In this document: positions 1-8,678 of the stretch, in pieces | Position numbering within the stretch: the stretch's first letter is position 1 | How the letters are laid out: the number at the start of each line of letters is the position of its first letter | IMG/VR virus record: IMGVR_UViG_3300030060_003522 | Span: 1-29,228 of that record | Direction: 5' to 3' (one strand) | Length of the DNA: 29,228 nucleotides | From: a virus | Lineage: Duplodnaviria; Caudoviricetes | The notes under the pieces: generated by a model | The model's database searches: none | What the model saw: the letters and a program-made list of their open reading frames with translations, nothing else | What the model was told of the DNA's origin: nothing | Position numbers and translations under genes: made by a program

Positions 1-275
1 CATTAGGATATGTAAATGCTTATAACATGAATGGTGACTATGAGCCAGTTTTTGAGGGGTATCGTATCGCAGTTTGCCCAGGTATGGTAGACAACCAATT
101 AGTTGCAGCAACTAAGTCAAACTTATTTTATGGCACGGACCTGTTGAGCGACGCTACAAGAATTACTTTACTAGATATGTCTAACCTTGACGGAAGCAAT
201 AATATTCGTTGTGTCGCTAGATATTCTGGTGGTGTTCAAACTGGAGTTGGTGCAGACATCGTAAGACAATCGTAA
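1..275 (+). CDS. Major capsid protein, 3' part (5'-truncated by window edge)
   Basis: Frame is open from position 3 (LGYVNAYNMNGD...); differs at 3 aa from the C-terminus of 27904..28821. Confidence 0.9.
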   Translation, partial: LGYVNAYNMNGDYEPVFEGYRIAVCPGMVDNQLVAATKSNLFYGTDLLSDATRITLLDMSNLDGSNNIRCVARYSGGVQTGVGADIVRQS

Positions 276-289
276 ATAAATTAAACAGA

Positions 290-316
290 AGTGGGGGCTT
301 TTGCCCCTACTCCTTT
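290..316 (+). terminator. Stem-loop after the capsid gene (weak terminator or mRNA stabiliser)
   Basis: AGTGGGGGC-TTTT-GCCCCTACT, then CCTTT; the stem is conserved in the other repeat copy with a different loop (TAT). Confidence 0.65.
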
Positions 317-336
317 AACCTTAAAAAACAAATAAC

Positions 337-924
337 ATGGCATGTACAGCATTAACCAAGGGGCGAGGGCTTGACTGTAATCGAATTGCAGGTGGAGTTA
401 AAAACGTGTATTTTTCAGTATATTCAGATTTTGGAAGTACTGATTGGGCATATGATAGCACACACCCACAAGAAATTGATAGCATAGATTGGAATAGTAA
501 AAGTATTTATAAATATGTAATGCCTTTAGGTGTTGCATCTATCACAGATACAATCACAGGCTCTACGGAAAACGGCACAATATTTTACACACCTACTGTA
601 AATATTATGCTGAACAAATTAACAAAAGAAGATCAAAATCAAATTAAACTATTAGGACAAACAAAAGTTAGAATATTAGTTGAATTAAATGCAAAATTAG
701 CATCAGGTCATGATGCAATACTTGCGTTAGGTTTTGAAAATGGAATGGACTTAAATACAGGAACCATGGATAGCGGAGCTGCATTTGGAGATAGAAATGG
801 ATACACTTTAACCTTCTCTGGAATGGAAAGTAGACCTATGGCGTTCCTAGAAGATTATACAACAAGTATATTTGATAATAGTGGTTTCACAAATAAAGGA
901 ACACCATTTGTAGTATCAACGTAA
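337..924 (+). CDS. Probable major tail tube protein
   Basis: 195 aa, beta-rich, directly follows the capsid gene; MAC..L..G...C...GG N-terminus and GYTLTFSG C-terminus resemble tail tubes of Bacteroidota phages. Confidence 0.6.
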   Translation: MACTALTKGRGLDCNRIAGGVKNVYFSVYSDFGSTDWAYDSTHPQEIDSIDWNSKSIYKYVMPLGVASITDTITGSTENGTIFYTPTVNIMLNKLTKEDQNQIKLLGQTKVRILVELNAKLASGHDAILALGFENGMDLNTGTMDSGAAFGDRNGYTLTFSGMESRPMAFLEDYTTSIFDNSGFTNKGTPFVVST

Positions 925-955
925 TTTAGTTAGTAGTTTCATTATATTTTTGATT

Positions 956-978
956 AAGAGGGTTTACGCCCTCTTTTT
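956..978 (+). terminator. Rho-independent terminator
   Basis: AAGAGGGT-TTAC-GCCCTCTT followed by a T run. Confidence 0.8.
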
Positions 979-987
979 CTATTTAAC

Positions 988-1017
988 CAAATAAATTTGC
1001 ACTTTTTCTATTATATA
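988..1017 (+). promoter_or_regulatory. Putative phage late promoter, copy 1
   Basis: CAAATAAA-N11-TCTATTATATA just downstream of a terminator; ATG begins 13 nt after the T of TCTA. Confidence 0.7.
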
Positions 1018-1019
1018 GT

Positions 1020-1499
1020 ATGATACAAGCAATAACAGAAACAGATCTAACAACTTTTATACAAACAGAAGATAATAGAATAGATACAAGTGTTGCATCA
1101 AGTAAAATCAGATATTTAGTTAAATTTACTAATGACATGAATAAATCAGTGCAATATGCATATAGTAATGTGCATTTAGTATTTGATAGATACACACAAT
1201 TAAGTTTTACATATAACGCAACACCTGATGTTTATGAGGGTAAAGTTAATTTTATACCATCAGGTTATTACAAATATGAAGTTTATGAAGTTAGTTGGAC
1301 AGGGGCGGTTGCTATTAGTGCAGGTAATGCACCTGTTAATGAAAATGATGTATTACCTGTAGGTGCAACACATGGAGTTGTGCAAGGATTAGTAACAAAA
1401 GGCAAAATGTATGTAAGTGATAAAAGCACAACACAACAAATTACATATAATCAACATACACAAACAAGTGGCAACAATTATATATATTACGGACAATAA
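1020..1499 (+). CDS. Hypothetical virion protein
   Basis: 159 aa beta-rich ORF in the structural cluster. Confidence 0.6.
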   Translation: MIQAITETDLTTFIQTEDNRIDTSVASSKIRYLVKFTNDMNKSVQYAYSNVHLVFDRYTQLSFTYNATPDVYEGKVNFIPSGYYKYEVYEVSWTGAVAISAGNAPVNENDVLPVGATHGVVQGLVTKGKMYVSDKSTTQQITYNQHTQTSGNNYIYYGQ

Positions 1500-1510
1500 A
1501 ATAATAAAAA

Positions 1511-1789
1511 ATGGCAATAGAAAACGTACAACAATTATTAACTGAACAATTAGGTAAAAATGGTAGCACAGAAATTGTTACATCATCTGCGGCGGTAACG
1601 TCTAAAGACTTTTATTGTGTTTACTTTCCTGTTAATTCTGTAGTTTCTGCAATAACAGTAGCTGATGCAACAGGAGAATCTGCACTACAGACTACATTAC
1701 CAGCGGGTACAAGTTTATTTATGAACGTGACAGCATTAACATTAACAAGTGGTATTGCAATATGTTACAGCGAAGGTTTAACAACATAA
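1511..1789 (+). CDS. Small hypothetical virion protein
   Basis: 92 aa, Thr/Ser/Ala-rich, closely packed with neighbours. Confidence 0.6.
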   Translation: MAIENVQQLLTEQLGKNGSTEIVTSSAAVTSKDFYCVYFPVNSVVSAITVADATGESALQTTLPAGTSLFMNVTALTLTSGIAICYSEGLTT

Positions 1790-1790
1790 T

Positions 1791-2510
1791 ATGTTAGCAT
1801 TAAAATTAGGACAAAACATTGGTGGTATTGCTAATAGAAACAGTTTTAGCAATGTTTACTCGTTAGATTATGATGGTGTTGATGACTATGTAAATTTATC
1901 TAGTGCAAAAGGCGTTGTTGATGTACAAAAAGGTACATTTTCAGCATGGGTGAAATTAGAAACTACAAGCATAAATGCGCCAGTATTTAAATATTATGTA
2001 AATGCCAACAATCAAATTACTATAATATATTTACATTCAAGCAATCAAATTAAATTTATGTACAAAGCTGCAGGTACAAATACACAAGTACAAGCATCAA
2101 CAAGTATTGAAAATGATGGGCGTTTTCATCATTTAGCTTTAACATGGAATGTTGATAGTAATAGGTTTATAGCATATATTGATGGTGTACAATTTGGAAC
2201 AACACAAACAACATTTGGTACATGGTCAGGTTCTGCAATAGTTTTACATCTAGGGCATAATGCTCTATCAGGTAGTGATTTCTGGAAAGGAAATATTGAT
2301 GAATTTGCAATATTTGATGAAGAGAAAAATGCAACAGCTATTAGTGCTATATATAACGGTGGTAAACCAAGTAATTTAGTTGGCGAAAGTAATTTAGTAG
2401 GTTATTGGAGAAATGAAGAAGGCGCAGGTACAACAATAGTAGATCAATCAGGGCAAAACAATACAGGAACATTAATAAATGGTACAACTTTTAGTACAGA
2501 TGTACCTTAA
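1791..2510 (+). CDS. LamG / concanavalin A-like lectin domain virion protein
   Basis: SLDYDGVDDYV, TFSAWVK, FHHLALTW, YIDG, GNIDEFAIFD, LVGYW motifs of Laminin_G_3. Confidence 0.9.
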   Translation: MLALKLGQNIGGIANRNSFSNVYSLDYDGVDDYVNLSSAKGVVDVQKGTFSAWVKLETTSINAPVFKYYVNANNQITIIYLHSSNQIKFMYKAAGTNTQVQASTSIENDGRFHHLALTWNVDSNRFIAYIDGVQFGTTQTTFGTWSGSAIVLHLGHNALSGSDFWKGNIDEFAIFDEEKNATAISAIYNGGKPSNLVGESNLVGYWRNEEGAGTTIVDQSGQNNTGTLINGTTFSTDVP

Positions 2511-2519
2511 AAATATATT

Positions 2520-2738
2520 ATGAAATACGTAATTTATAACATGTCAAATGCAAACTCTATAGACTATAATCTAGTAGAACAAACAAGTTTACAAACTTTA
2601 AGATTGTCATTAGATCAAACAAAATGTGTATTAAAATTTAAAGGTGCGACACCTGCATTTTTAGTAGGTTTGCAACAATATAATTATGATGAAATACTTA
2701 CAATTATGAGTACATCAGAATGGTACAAAAATGAATAA
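2520..2738 (+). CDS. Hypothetical protein accompanying the LamG gene
   Basis: 72 aa ORF overlapping the portal start. Confidence 0.65.
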   Translation: MKYVIYNMSNANSIDYNLVEQTSLQTLRLSLDQTKCVLKFKGATPAFLVGLQQYNYDEILTIMSTSEWYKNE

Positions 2739-4884
2739 TATGAATGACAAAATACTATCAATAAATTTAGAAACGCAAACAGCACCTATAGTCCAAGAAG
2801 TACGTGGGCGTGATTATATAGAGTACGGAACAGAAGATTGGAAAAATCTTTATCCACAATTCCTAATAGATTTATATTACAATTCCAGCACCCATGCAGC
2901 CATAATAAACGCCACAGCGGAAATGATTGCAGGAGAAGAGTTAGTTATTGAAGATGATGATACAAATTTAGATGTATATGTAAAACTTAAAAAATTTATG
3001 CGACATGCAAATGGCAAGGAAACATTACATCAAATAATAAAAAAAGTTGCATTTGATTTTAAACTACAAGGAGCATACGCATTACACATTATATGGAACG
3101 TAGAAAAAACAGCTATTGCAGAAATTCACCATGTTCCTGTTGAACGTGTGAGAGCAGGTAAACCTAATGAAATGGGTGTTATTGATACATATTATATTAG
3201 TGCAGATTGGAGCAACACTAGAGTGCATAAACCATCACCTATAGCTGCATTTAATACAAAAGACAGAACAGCACCTAGTCAATTACTTTATACTGGTGCG
3301 TATTCGCCTAATATGGATATTTACCATACACCAGATTATTTAGCGTGTTGTAATTGGGCGTTATGTGATCAAAAGGTTGCAGAATTTCATTTAAATAATA
3401 TAGAGAATGGTTTTTCTGGATCGTATTTTATTAGTTTTGCCAATGGTGTGCCTACACAGGAAGAACGTTTGCAAATAGAACAAAGTTTAAAAGATAAATT
3501 TACAGGCGCAAAAAACAGTGGTAAATTTGTTCTCACATTTAGTGATGACAAAACTAGAACACCAGAAATTACACCAATTAGTGTAAGTGATGCAGACAAA
3601 CAATATCTTGCATTACAGGAATTGCTTGTACAAAATATTTTAACAGGGCATAGGGTTACCTCGCCAATGCTAATGGGTATTAAGTCAAATACAGGTTTAG
3701 GAAACAATGCTAATGAACTAAACAGCGCAGCTAATTTTTATTTAAACAGTGTTGTGAAAGGTTTTCAGAACCATATATTAGATACTTTACAAACTATATT
3801 TAGTGTAAATAATATTGATTTGGAAGTTGGTTTTGTACAGTTAAAACCTATCACATTAGAGTTTACAAATGAAGATTTAAAAGCTGTTATGCAAACTAAT
3901 GAAATACGTGAAGAGTTAGGTTTGGCACCAATAGATGAAGAAATACAAGTTAAGGAAGAGTTAAGCAAAGTTGGCACAATGATTACAGATGGTATAGAAT
4001 TACCATTGTTTGAAACAATAGAAGAGGCAGAGGCAGAAGCAGAAAAATTAGGTTGCAATTCTTATCATGAACATACGCAAGATGGAACGACTTACTATAT
4101 GCCATGTGAAGATCATGAACAAATAACAAGTTTAAATAAATGTGATTGTAAAGAAGAATTTATTACACCCAATCCATGTGAGAAAGGTTATGAAGCAATT
4201 GGTACTAAAATAAAAGATGGTAGAGAAGTGCCTAATTGTGTTCCAATTAAAGCTAGTAAACAAAATTTAGAATTACACAATTTTATAAATGAGTTTGGTG
4301 AAGATGCACCAGAGGGTTATGTTTTATTAGATGAAGAACTAGTAGGTGATGAACATGAAGAGTTTGATTTTGAACAAAAATTAAATGATAGTGTAAATGA
4401 AAAATATAATTTTATTAGTACAGGTAGAGCCAACCCCAATGCACGTGATGATGAGGATGGGTTAAATAGACAGGGTAATGCATTTTTCAAAGTTAGATAC
4501 AGATATACTAAAATATCTAAAAACCCAAAAAGCAGCTCACGTGATTTTTGCAATGCCATGATGTCGGCAAATAAATTATATAGAAAACGTGATATAATAA
4601 ATATGGGTACAAAAGCTGTTAACCCTGGTTTTGGTCCCAAAGGTGCTAATACGTACTCAATCTGGTTTTACAAAGGCGGCGGTGCATGTTACCATAAATG
4701 GACTAGACTAATTTATCAAGCTGATCCAACAGATGATAATTTTGTTTATTATCCAGATAATATTGATGCAGATAAATTAATTAGTAATACGAAAGCAAAA
4801 AGTGATGGTTTTACATTAGAAAAATTAGATAATTTAGTAGAAACAGCACCTATTAACATGCCTAATCAGGGATTTTTAAAATAA
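2731..4884 (+). CDS. Portal protein with a ~300 aa C-terminal extension (Cys/His motifs and a minor-head-like domain)
   Basis: N-terminal ~400 aa is portal-like (STHAAII, DFKLQGAY, FTGAKNSGK, ILTGHRVTSPMLMG, NEIREELGL); Cys/His-rich extension follows. Confidence 0.85.
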   Translation: MNNMNDKILSINLETQTAPIVQEVRGRDYIEYGTEDWKNLYPQFLIDLYYNSSTHAAIINATAEMIAGEELVIEDDDTNLDVYVKLKKFMRHANGKETLHQIIKKVAFDFKLQGAYALHIIWNVEKTAIAEIHHVPVERVRAGKPNEMGVIDTYYISADWSNTRVHKPSPIAAFNTKDRTAPSQLLYTGAYSPNMDIYHTPDYLACCNWALCDQKVAEFHLNNIENGFSGSYFISFANGVPTQEERLQIEQSLKDKFTGAKNSGKFVLTFSDDKTRTPEITPISVSDADKQYLALQELLVQNILTGHRVTSPMLMGIKSNTGLGNNANELNSAANFYLNSVVKGFQNHILDTLQTIFSVNNIDLEVGFVQLKPITLEFTNEDLKAVMQTNEIREELGLAPIDEEIQVKEELSKVGTMITDGIELPLFETIEEAEAEAEKLGCNSYHEHTQDGTTYYMPCEDHEQITSLNKCDCKEEFITPNPCEKGYEAIGTKIKDGREVPNCVPIKASKQNLELHNFINEFGEDAPEGYVLLDEELVGDEHEEFDFEQKLNDSVNEKYNFISTGRANPNARDDEDGLNRQGNAFFKVRYRYTKISKNPKSSSRDFCNAMMSANKLYRKRDIINMGTKAVNPGFGPKGANTYSIWFYKGGGACYHKWTRLIYQADPTDDNFVYYPDNIDADKLISNTKAKSDGFTLEKLDNLVETAPINMPNQGFLK

Positions 4885-4890
4885 TATAAT

Positions 4891-5469
4891 ATGAGTTACG
4901 TTTTATTTATATCGGAAAGTAAATTAAAAGAAAGTACAGCAATTAACCTACAAGTTGATACAGATTTATTATTACCATATGTGCGACAGGCGCAAAAAAT
5001 TTATGTTGAACCTAAACTAGGCACAACATTATTTGAAAAAATAAAAACACTAATTACAAACAATACAATTGGCAACGTAGGTAATGAAGCATATAAAACA
5101 TTATTAGATGATTTTATTGGCGATATGTTGCCTCAATGGGCATTTTTCCATGCTATACCATTTTTGCGTTTCAAAATAGAAAATGGCAATATTTTTTCTA
5201 AAACAAGCGAGAATGGCAATTCCTTGAGTACTGATGAAGCACAACATTTACGTGAGGAAATAAGAAATACAGCTGAATATTATACAGAGAGAATGATTGA
5301 ATATATAGTAAATAATTTATCATTGTTTCCAGAATACAGTACAAACAGTGGTGCGGATATATCACCAGATCGTAATGCGTACTATGCAGGAATGAACCTT
5401 GAGAGACCTAGACAACAAGGCACAAAATTAACATTACGCAACTTTTTAACGCCTGACATTGCACCATAA
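4891..5469 (+). CDS. Probable head-tail adaptor / connector protein
   Basis: 192 aa helical protein right after the portal; AQ..Y..P.LG..L motif. Confidence 0.55.
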   Translation: MSYVLFISESKLKESTAINLQVDTDLLLPYVRQAQKIYVEPKLGTTLFEKIKTLITNNTIGNVGNEAYKTLLDDFIGDMLPQWAFFHAIPFLRFKIENGNIFSKTSENGNSLSTDEAQHLREEIRNTAEYYTERMIEYIVNNLSLFPEYSTNSGADISPDRNAYYAGMNLERPRQQGTKLTLRNFLTPDIAP

Positions 5470-5588
5470 TGAAAAAACATTATAAAACAAAAACAATAAA
5501 CATAACAAAGCTAAAAATTTATTTAGATAAATTAAAACCTAAAAAAAATGAACGATTTAAAAGATACAGTACAGGTAGGAATAGCTAA
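5469..5588 (+). CDS. Small basic hypothetical protein (39 aa, not in ORF track)
   Basis: ATG overlaps the upstream TAA (TAATG); MKKHYKTKTINITKLKIYLDKLKPKKNERFKRYSTGRNS. Confidence 0.4.
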   Translation: MKKHYKTKTINITKLKIYLDKLKPKKNERFKRYSTGRNS

Positions 5589-5703
5589 TGGTTCAGCAAT
5601 AGGTTTTAGTATAACTGATTGCAATGAAGTTTTGACATTAGTATCATTAATTCTAGCAATTGCATTTACAATATATAAATTTATAAAATTTGACAAAAAT
5701 TAA
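5548..5703 (+). CDS. Holin-like small membrane protein (51 aa, not in ORF track)
   Basis: MNDLKDTVQVGIANGSAIGFSITDCNEVLTLVSLILAIAFTIYKFIKFDKN; hydrophobic helix with basic tail; A-rich leader. Confidence 0.65.
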   Translation: MNDLKDTVQVGIANGSAIGFSITDCNEVLTLVSLILAIAFTIYKFIKFDKN

Positions 5704-5706
5704 AAA

Positions 5707-5832
5707 ATGGCTAAAAAGTTTGCTATTAGTGCTTTTAAATCTACTAGAAGAAAAAGAAAAGGAACACACTCTAAAAACGCAAGTAAAGGACAAAATGCCT
5801 ACAAAAAACACTATAGAGGACAAGGGCGTTAA
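5707..5832 (+). CDS. Small highly basic protein ending YRGQGR (41 aa, not in ORF track)
   Basis: MAKKFAISAFKSTRRKRKGTHSKNASKGQNAYKKHYRGQGR; A-rich leader; starts 4 nt after the holin-like stop. Confidence 0.7.
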   Translation: MAKKFAISAFKSTRRKRKGTHSKNASKGQNAYKKHYRGQGR

Positions 5833-6229
5833 TTTACTAATAATACGTGATACATTTACTGATTTATCTACTATAGGTAAATTATATATAAATGGTGAAT
5901 TGTTTTGTGATACATTAGAATTACCATGGCGTGACAATCAGAGGAGCATATCATGCATACCACATGGTGAATACAAGGTAAATTTGAGACCTGCCAGACA
6001 AAGTGCAACCAGAGATTATTTGCACATGATACTTTTAGATGTGCCTAATAGATCATATATATTGTTTCATAGAGGCAATAAACCAGCACATACACGTGGT
6101 TGTATTTTAGTGGGGCAAACTCGCCAACAAGACTTTGTTGGAAACTCAACACTTGCTATGGATTTATTAATGAAAGAAGTAATAAATTTAGGCGGTGAAA
6201 ATATTAAATTAATAATTAAAAACAGATAA
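5795..6229 (+). CDS. DUF5675-family protein, candidate endolysin
   Basis: TIGKLYING..FCDTLE, SCIP.G.Y, VPNRSYILFHRGN...HTRGCILVG motifs; lies between two small membrane proteins; ATG at 5795 preferred to the 5690 start. Confidence 0.75.
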   Translation: MPTKNTIEDKGVNLLIIRDTFTDLSTIGKLYINGELFCDTLELPWRDNQRSISCIPHGEYKVNLRPARQSATRDYLHMILLDVPNRSYILFHRGNKPAHTRGCILVGQTRQQDFVGNSTLAMDLLMKEVINLGGENIKLIIKNR

Positions 6230-6231
6230 CT

Positions 6232-6375
6232 ATGGAATGGACAGAAATTTTATTGGCAATTTTAGGTATTGCAGAAATTATTGTTAGGTTAACACCAACA
6301 GAAAAAGACAACTCAATATTAAATAAAATAATGTGGGTAGTTGACAAATTAATACCTAACAAGTTAAAAAAATAA
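6232..6375 (+). CDS. Holin-like small membrane protein (47 aa, not in ORF track)
   Basis: MEWTEILLAILGIAEIIVRLTPTEKDNSILNKIMWVVDKLIPNKLKK; hydrophobic helix plus TPT.KD motif; stop overlaps next ATG. Confidence 0.7.
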   Translation: MEWTEILLAILGIAEIIVRLTPTEKDNSILNKIMWVVDKLIPNKLKK

Positions 6376-7091
6376 TGAATAACCGTTACAGGTTAAAGCC
6401 ACACGAAATAGTGGCACTAAAAAAAATGCGTGATACCAATACTAGAAACGTTCTAGTTATTGGTGATCTGCATGAACCTTTTTGTTTAGATAATTATTTA
6501 CAATTTTGTATTGATAAATATTATGAATATGCATGTACAGAAGTTGTATTTATTGGCGACATTGTGGATAACCATTTTAGCAGCTACCATGAAACATCGG
6601 CGGATGGTATGGGTGGTGCAGATGAACTAGAGTTTGCAATTAAACGTATTGCTAGATGGCGCAATGCATTTCCATTAGCAACAGTAGTTATAGGGAATCA
6701 TGACAGGATAATAATGCGTAAAGCACAAACTAGCGCAATACCTAGCAAATGGATAAAATCATACAAAGAAGTGTTAGAAACACCAAATTGGAATTTTGTT
6801 GAACGTTATGAACAAGATAATGTGCAATACATACATGGCGAAGGCGGTACAGCTAGAACCAAATGCAGAGCAGATATGATGAACACCGTACAAGGACATT
6901 TACACACACAAGCATACACTGAACACTATGTTGGAAAACGTTTTAGAGTTTTTGGCACACAGGTTGGTTGTGGTATTAATCATAAATCATACGCCATGGC
7001 ATACGCAAAATATGGCAAACGCCCTGCAGTAGGTTGTGCAGTAATTATGAACAATGGGCAAACGCCAATAAATCTATTAATGCCTTTGTAA
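6375..7091 (+). CDS. Calcineurin-like metallophosphoesterase
   Basis: GDLH, GDIVD, GNHD, HG and GHLH motifs in canonical order. Confidence 0.92.
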   Translation: MNNRYRLKPHEIVALKKMRDTNTRNVLVIGDLHEPFCLDNYLQFCIDKYYEYACTEVVFIGDIVDNHFSSYHETSADGMGGADELEFAIKRIARWRNAFPLATVVIGNHDRIIMRKAQTSAIPSKWIKSYKEVLETPNWNFVERYEQDNVQYIHGEGGTARTKCRADMMNTVQGHLHTQAYTEHYVGKRFRVFGTQVGCGINHKSYAMAYAKYGKRPAVGCAVIMNNGQTPINLLMPL

Positions 7092-7222
7092 TGAAGTTTA
7101 TAAAATCATTAATAATTTATACACTTGCTACACTATCTATAATTTACGTTATAATACTTACCCTAATGCTTTTTAAAGCATTTTCACAACTTTTTAATAG
7201 TTATATACTATACAACATATAA
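7091..7222 (+). CDS. Possible small membrane protein (43 aa)
   Basis: TAATG coupling with upstream gene; hydrophobic MKFIKSLIIYTLATLSIIYVIILTLMLF. Confidence 0.4.
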   Translation: MKFIKSLIIYTLATLSIIYVIILTLMLFKAFSQLFNSYILYNI

Positions 7223-7260
7223 AACCCCTCTATTGTAATATTAATATTTATTCACAAATA

Positions 7261-7292
7261 TTTGTGTATATCATTTATTTTATTTAGTTTTG
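7261..7292 (+). promoter_or_regulatory. Bacteroidota primary-sigma (-33/-7) early promoter
   Basis: TTTG (7261-7264), 20-nt spacer, TAGTTTTG (7285-7292) matches TTTG-N19-21-TAnnTTTG; precedes the early gene cluster. Confidence 0.75.
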
Positions 7293-7318
7293 TTTTCATA
7301 TTAACTAAAATTATAAAA

Positions 7319-7579
7319 ATGCAAAACAATTACAAAATGTTAGAAGCAACTAACAAAAACGAAGCTATTACATCTATATTAGATGCAGTAAAACACAATG
7401 CAGTATGGTTACATCAATGTGAAAGTTATTTTTTATTAGCTACAAAACAACTCAATGAAGATTTAAGAGAAAATTATTTACAAAATTTGACTAATCAAGA
7501 TATACTAGATTTGTTTGTAGAACTAAAAACACAATATTACAACTATAAAGATAACACAAGATGGAATACAAATGCATAA
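7319..7579 (+). CDS. Early hypothetical protein
   Basis: ATG at 7319 with A-rich leader, downstream of the promoter (the ORF-track start at 7262 lies inside the promoter). Confidence 0.65.
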   Translation: MQNNYKMLEATNKNEAITSILDAVKHNAVWLHQCESYFLLATKQLNEDLRENYLQNLTNQDILDLFVELKTQYYNYKDNTRWNTNA

Positions 7580-7857
7580 CATGTACTTTTTATCGTAAAA
7601 ATATTTATGAAGATCAACCACCCAGTGTTACATTTTATGGTACTGAAAAACAAGTTATACAAGCGGTAAAGCAATACGTAAAAGATACAGGTTATAATGT
7701 TAATGAAACACATGTATCAAAAGTTGCGCCAAAAGGTTCATATTGGTATGATATTTATGGTGATCAAGCAGAATCTATAAATAAAAAGACAAAACAAAAA
7801 TTAGAAAAATTAAAAAAATTATATATAAAAAACAACAAAAAAACTTTAATACTATGA
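7561..7857 (+). CDS. Early hypothetical protein
   Basis: 98 aa, overlapping both neighbours. Confidence 0.6.
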   Translation: MEYKCITCTFYRKNIYEDQPPSVTFYGTEKQVIQAVKQYVKDTGYNVNETHVSKVAPKGSYWYDIYGDQAESINKKTKQKLEKLKKLYIKNNKKTLIL

Positions 7858-8084
7858 ATAAACACATAATTAATCACACTTTTGAAACATCTGAACCTAA
7901 ACAAGATACACAAAAAAGAGTTAATATAAACACTTTTATGACACATGAAAACGAATTATGTTTTGGTGGTACAGATGAAAATGGTGAACAAATAACTGTA
8001 TGGTTTGATAGTTACGAGTTTTTACAGTGGTGTGATTGTGAACACATAAAAGAAACATTAACTAAATATATAAAAAACAAATGA
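7854..8084 (+). CDS. Early hypothetical protein
   Basis: 76 aa, ATGA overlaps at both ends. Confidence 0.7.
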   Translation: MNKHIINHTFETSEPKQDTQKRVNINTFMTHENELCFGGTDENGEQITVWFDSYEFLQWCDCEHIKETLTKYIKNK

Positions 8085-8464
8085 AAAAAGAATTAATAAA
8101 AGAAAAATATGAAAAATATGGTTTAACACCTGATGACATATTTAAGCATCAACATTATTTAATTATTACACGTAGCGGTATAGAAAAAATACAAGCAATA
8201 GAAAAAATTAATATTTGGTATGAAGTCGTTAAATGTGAAAAAGATTTTGCAGGTGTTAAAGCTACAGCAACAAAAGAAGGTAATACATTAGAAACTTTTG
8301 GATCAGCTTTAAAGGGTGATTTTAAAAATGGTAATACAATGTCGTGGTATGTATTAGAAATGGCAGAAAAACGTGCTATGTCTAGGGCTGTACTAAAAAT
8401 GACAGGTTTTTATGAGTTAGGTGTATTTGGTGAAGATGAGGCAGAAGATTTTAAAAGAAGTTAA
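8081..8464 (+). CDS. Putative single-strand annealing / recombination protein
   Basis: GIEKI and MAEKRAMSRAVLK motifs reminiscent of the Rad52/Red-beta superfamily; acidic tail; near the SSB gene. Confidence 0.45.
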   Translation: MKKELIKEKYEKYGLTPDDIFKHQHYLIITRSGIEKIQAIEKINIWYEVVKCEKDFAGVKATATKEGNTLETFGSALKGDFKNGNTMSWYVLEMAEKRAMSRAVLKMTGFYELGVFGEDEAEDFKRS

Positions 8465-8465
8465 T

Positions 8466-8678
8466 ATGATACAGCAATTAGACATGATAAAATTAGATAG
8501 ATATAAAGAAAATTTACGCATCATAAATGGCACTGATGTATTTTCTTATTCAACTAGGGTTGCACAAATAAAAGGTGATCAGCTACACATTTTTGGTTGG
8601 TGGAGTGCGACAACAACAAAACACATAAACTATGTAGCAAATTATTATAATTTAAAAAAAGTAAATAAATATGTATAA
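8466..8678 (+). CDS. Hypothetical phage protein
   Basis: FSYSTRVAQI...GWWSATTTKHINY; ATG at 8466 directly after the upstream stop. Confidence 0.65.
   Translation: MIQQLDMIKLDRYKENLRIINGTDVFSYSTRVAQIKGDQLHIFGWWSATTTKHINYVANYYNLKKVNKYV

Larger units (their letters stand above)
1..683 (+). repeat. Imperfect terminal direct repeat, left copy
   Basis: Aligns by eye to 28547..29228 at about 87% nt identity; positions 1-19 and 613-683 are identical between copies. Confidence 0.97.

Noticed and set aside
1-683. Diversity-generating retroelement TR/VR pair as the explanation for the diverged repeat
   Set aside because: Differences are not adenine-specific, are mostly synonymous third positions, and no reverse transcriptase is present
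2850-2858. Perfect DnaA box TTATCCACA
   Set aside because: Single copy inside the portal coding sequence, explained by the L-Y-P-Q codons
5690-5794. N-terminal extension of the DUF5675 ORF as a signal or anchor
   Set aside because: Better explained as the off-frame reading of the 5707..5832 basic peptide gene; TTG start overlaps the holin-like gene
7229-7240. TCTATTGTAATA as a sixth late promoter
   Set aside because: Lacks the YAAAYAAA box at the 11-nt spacing
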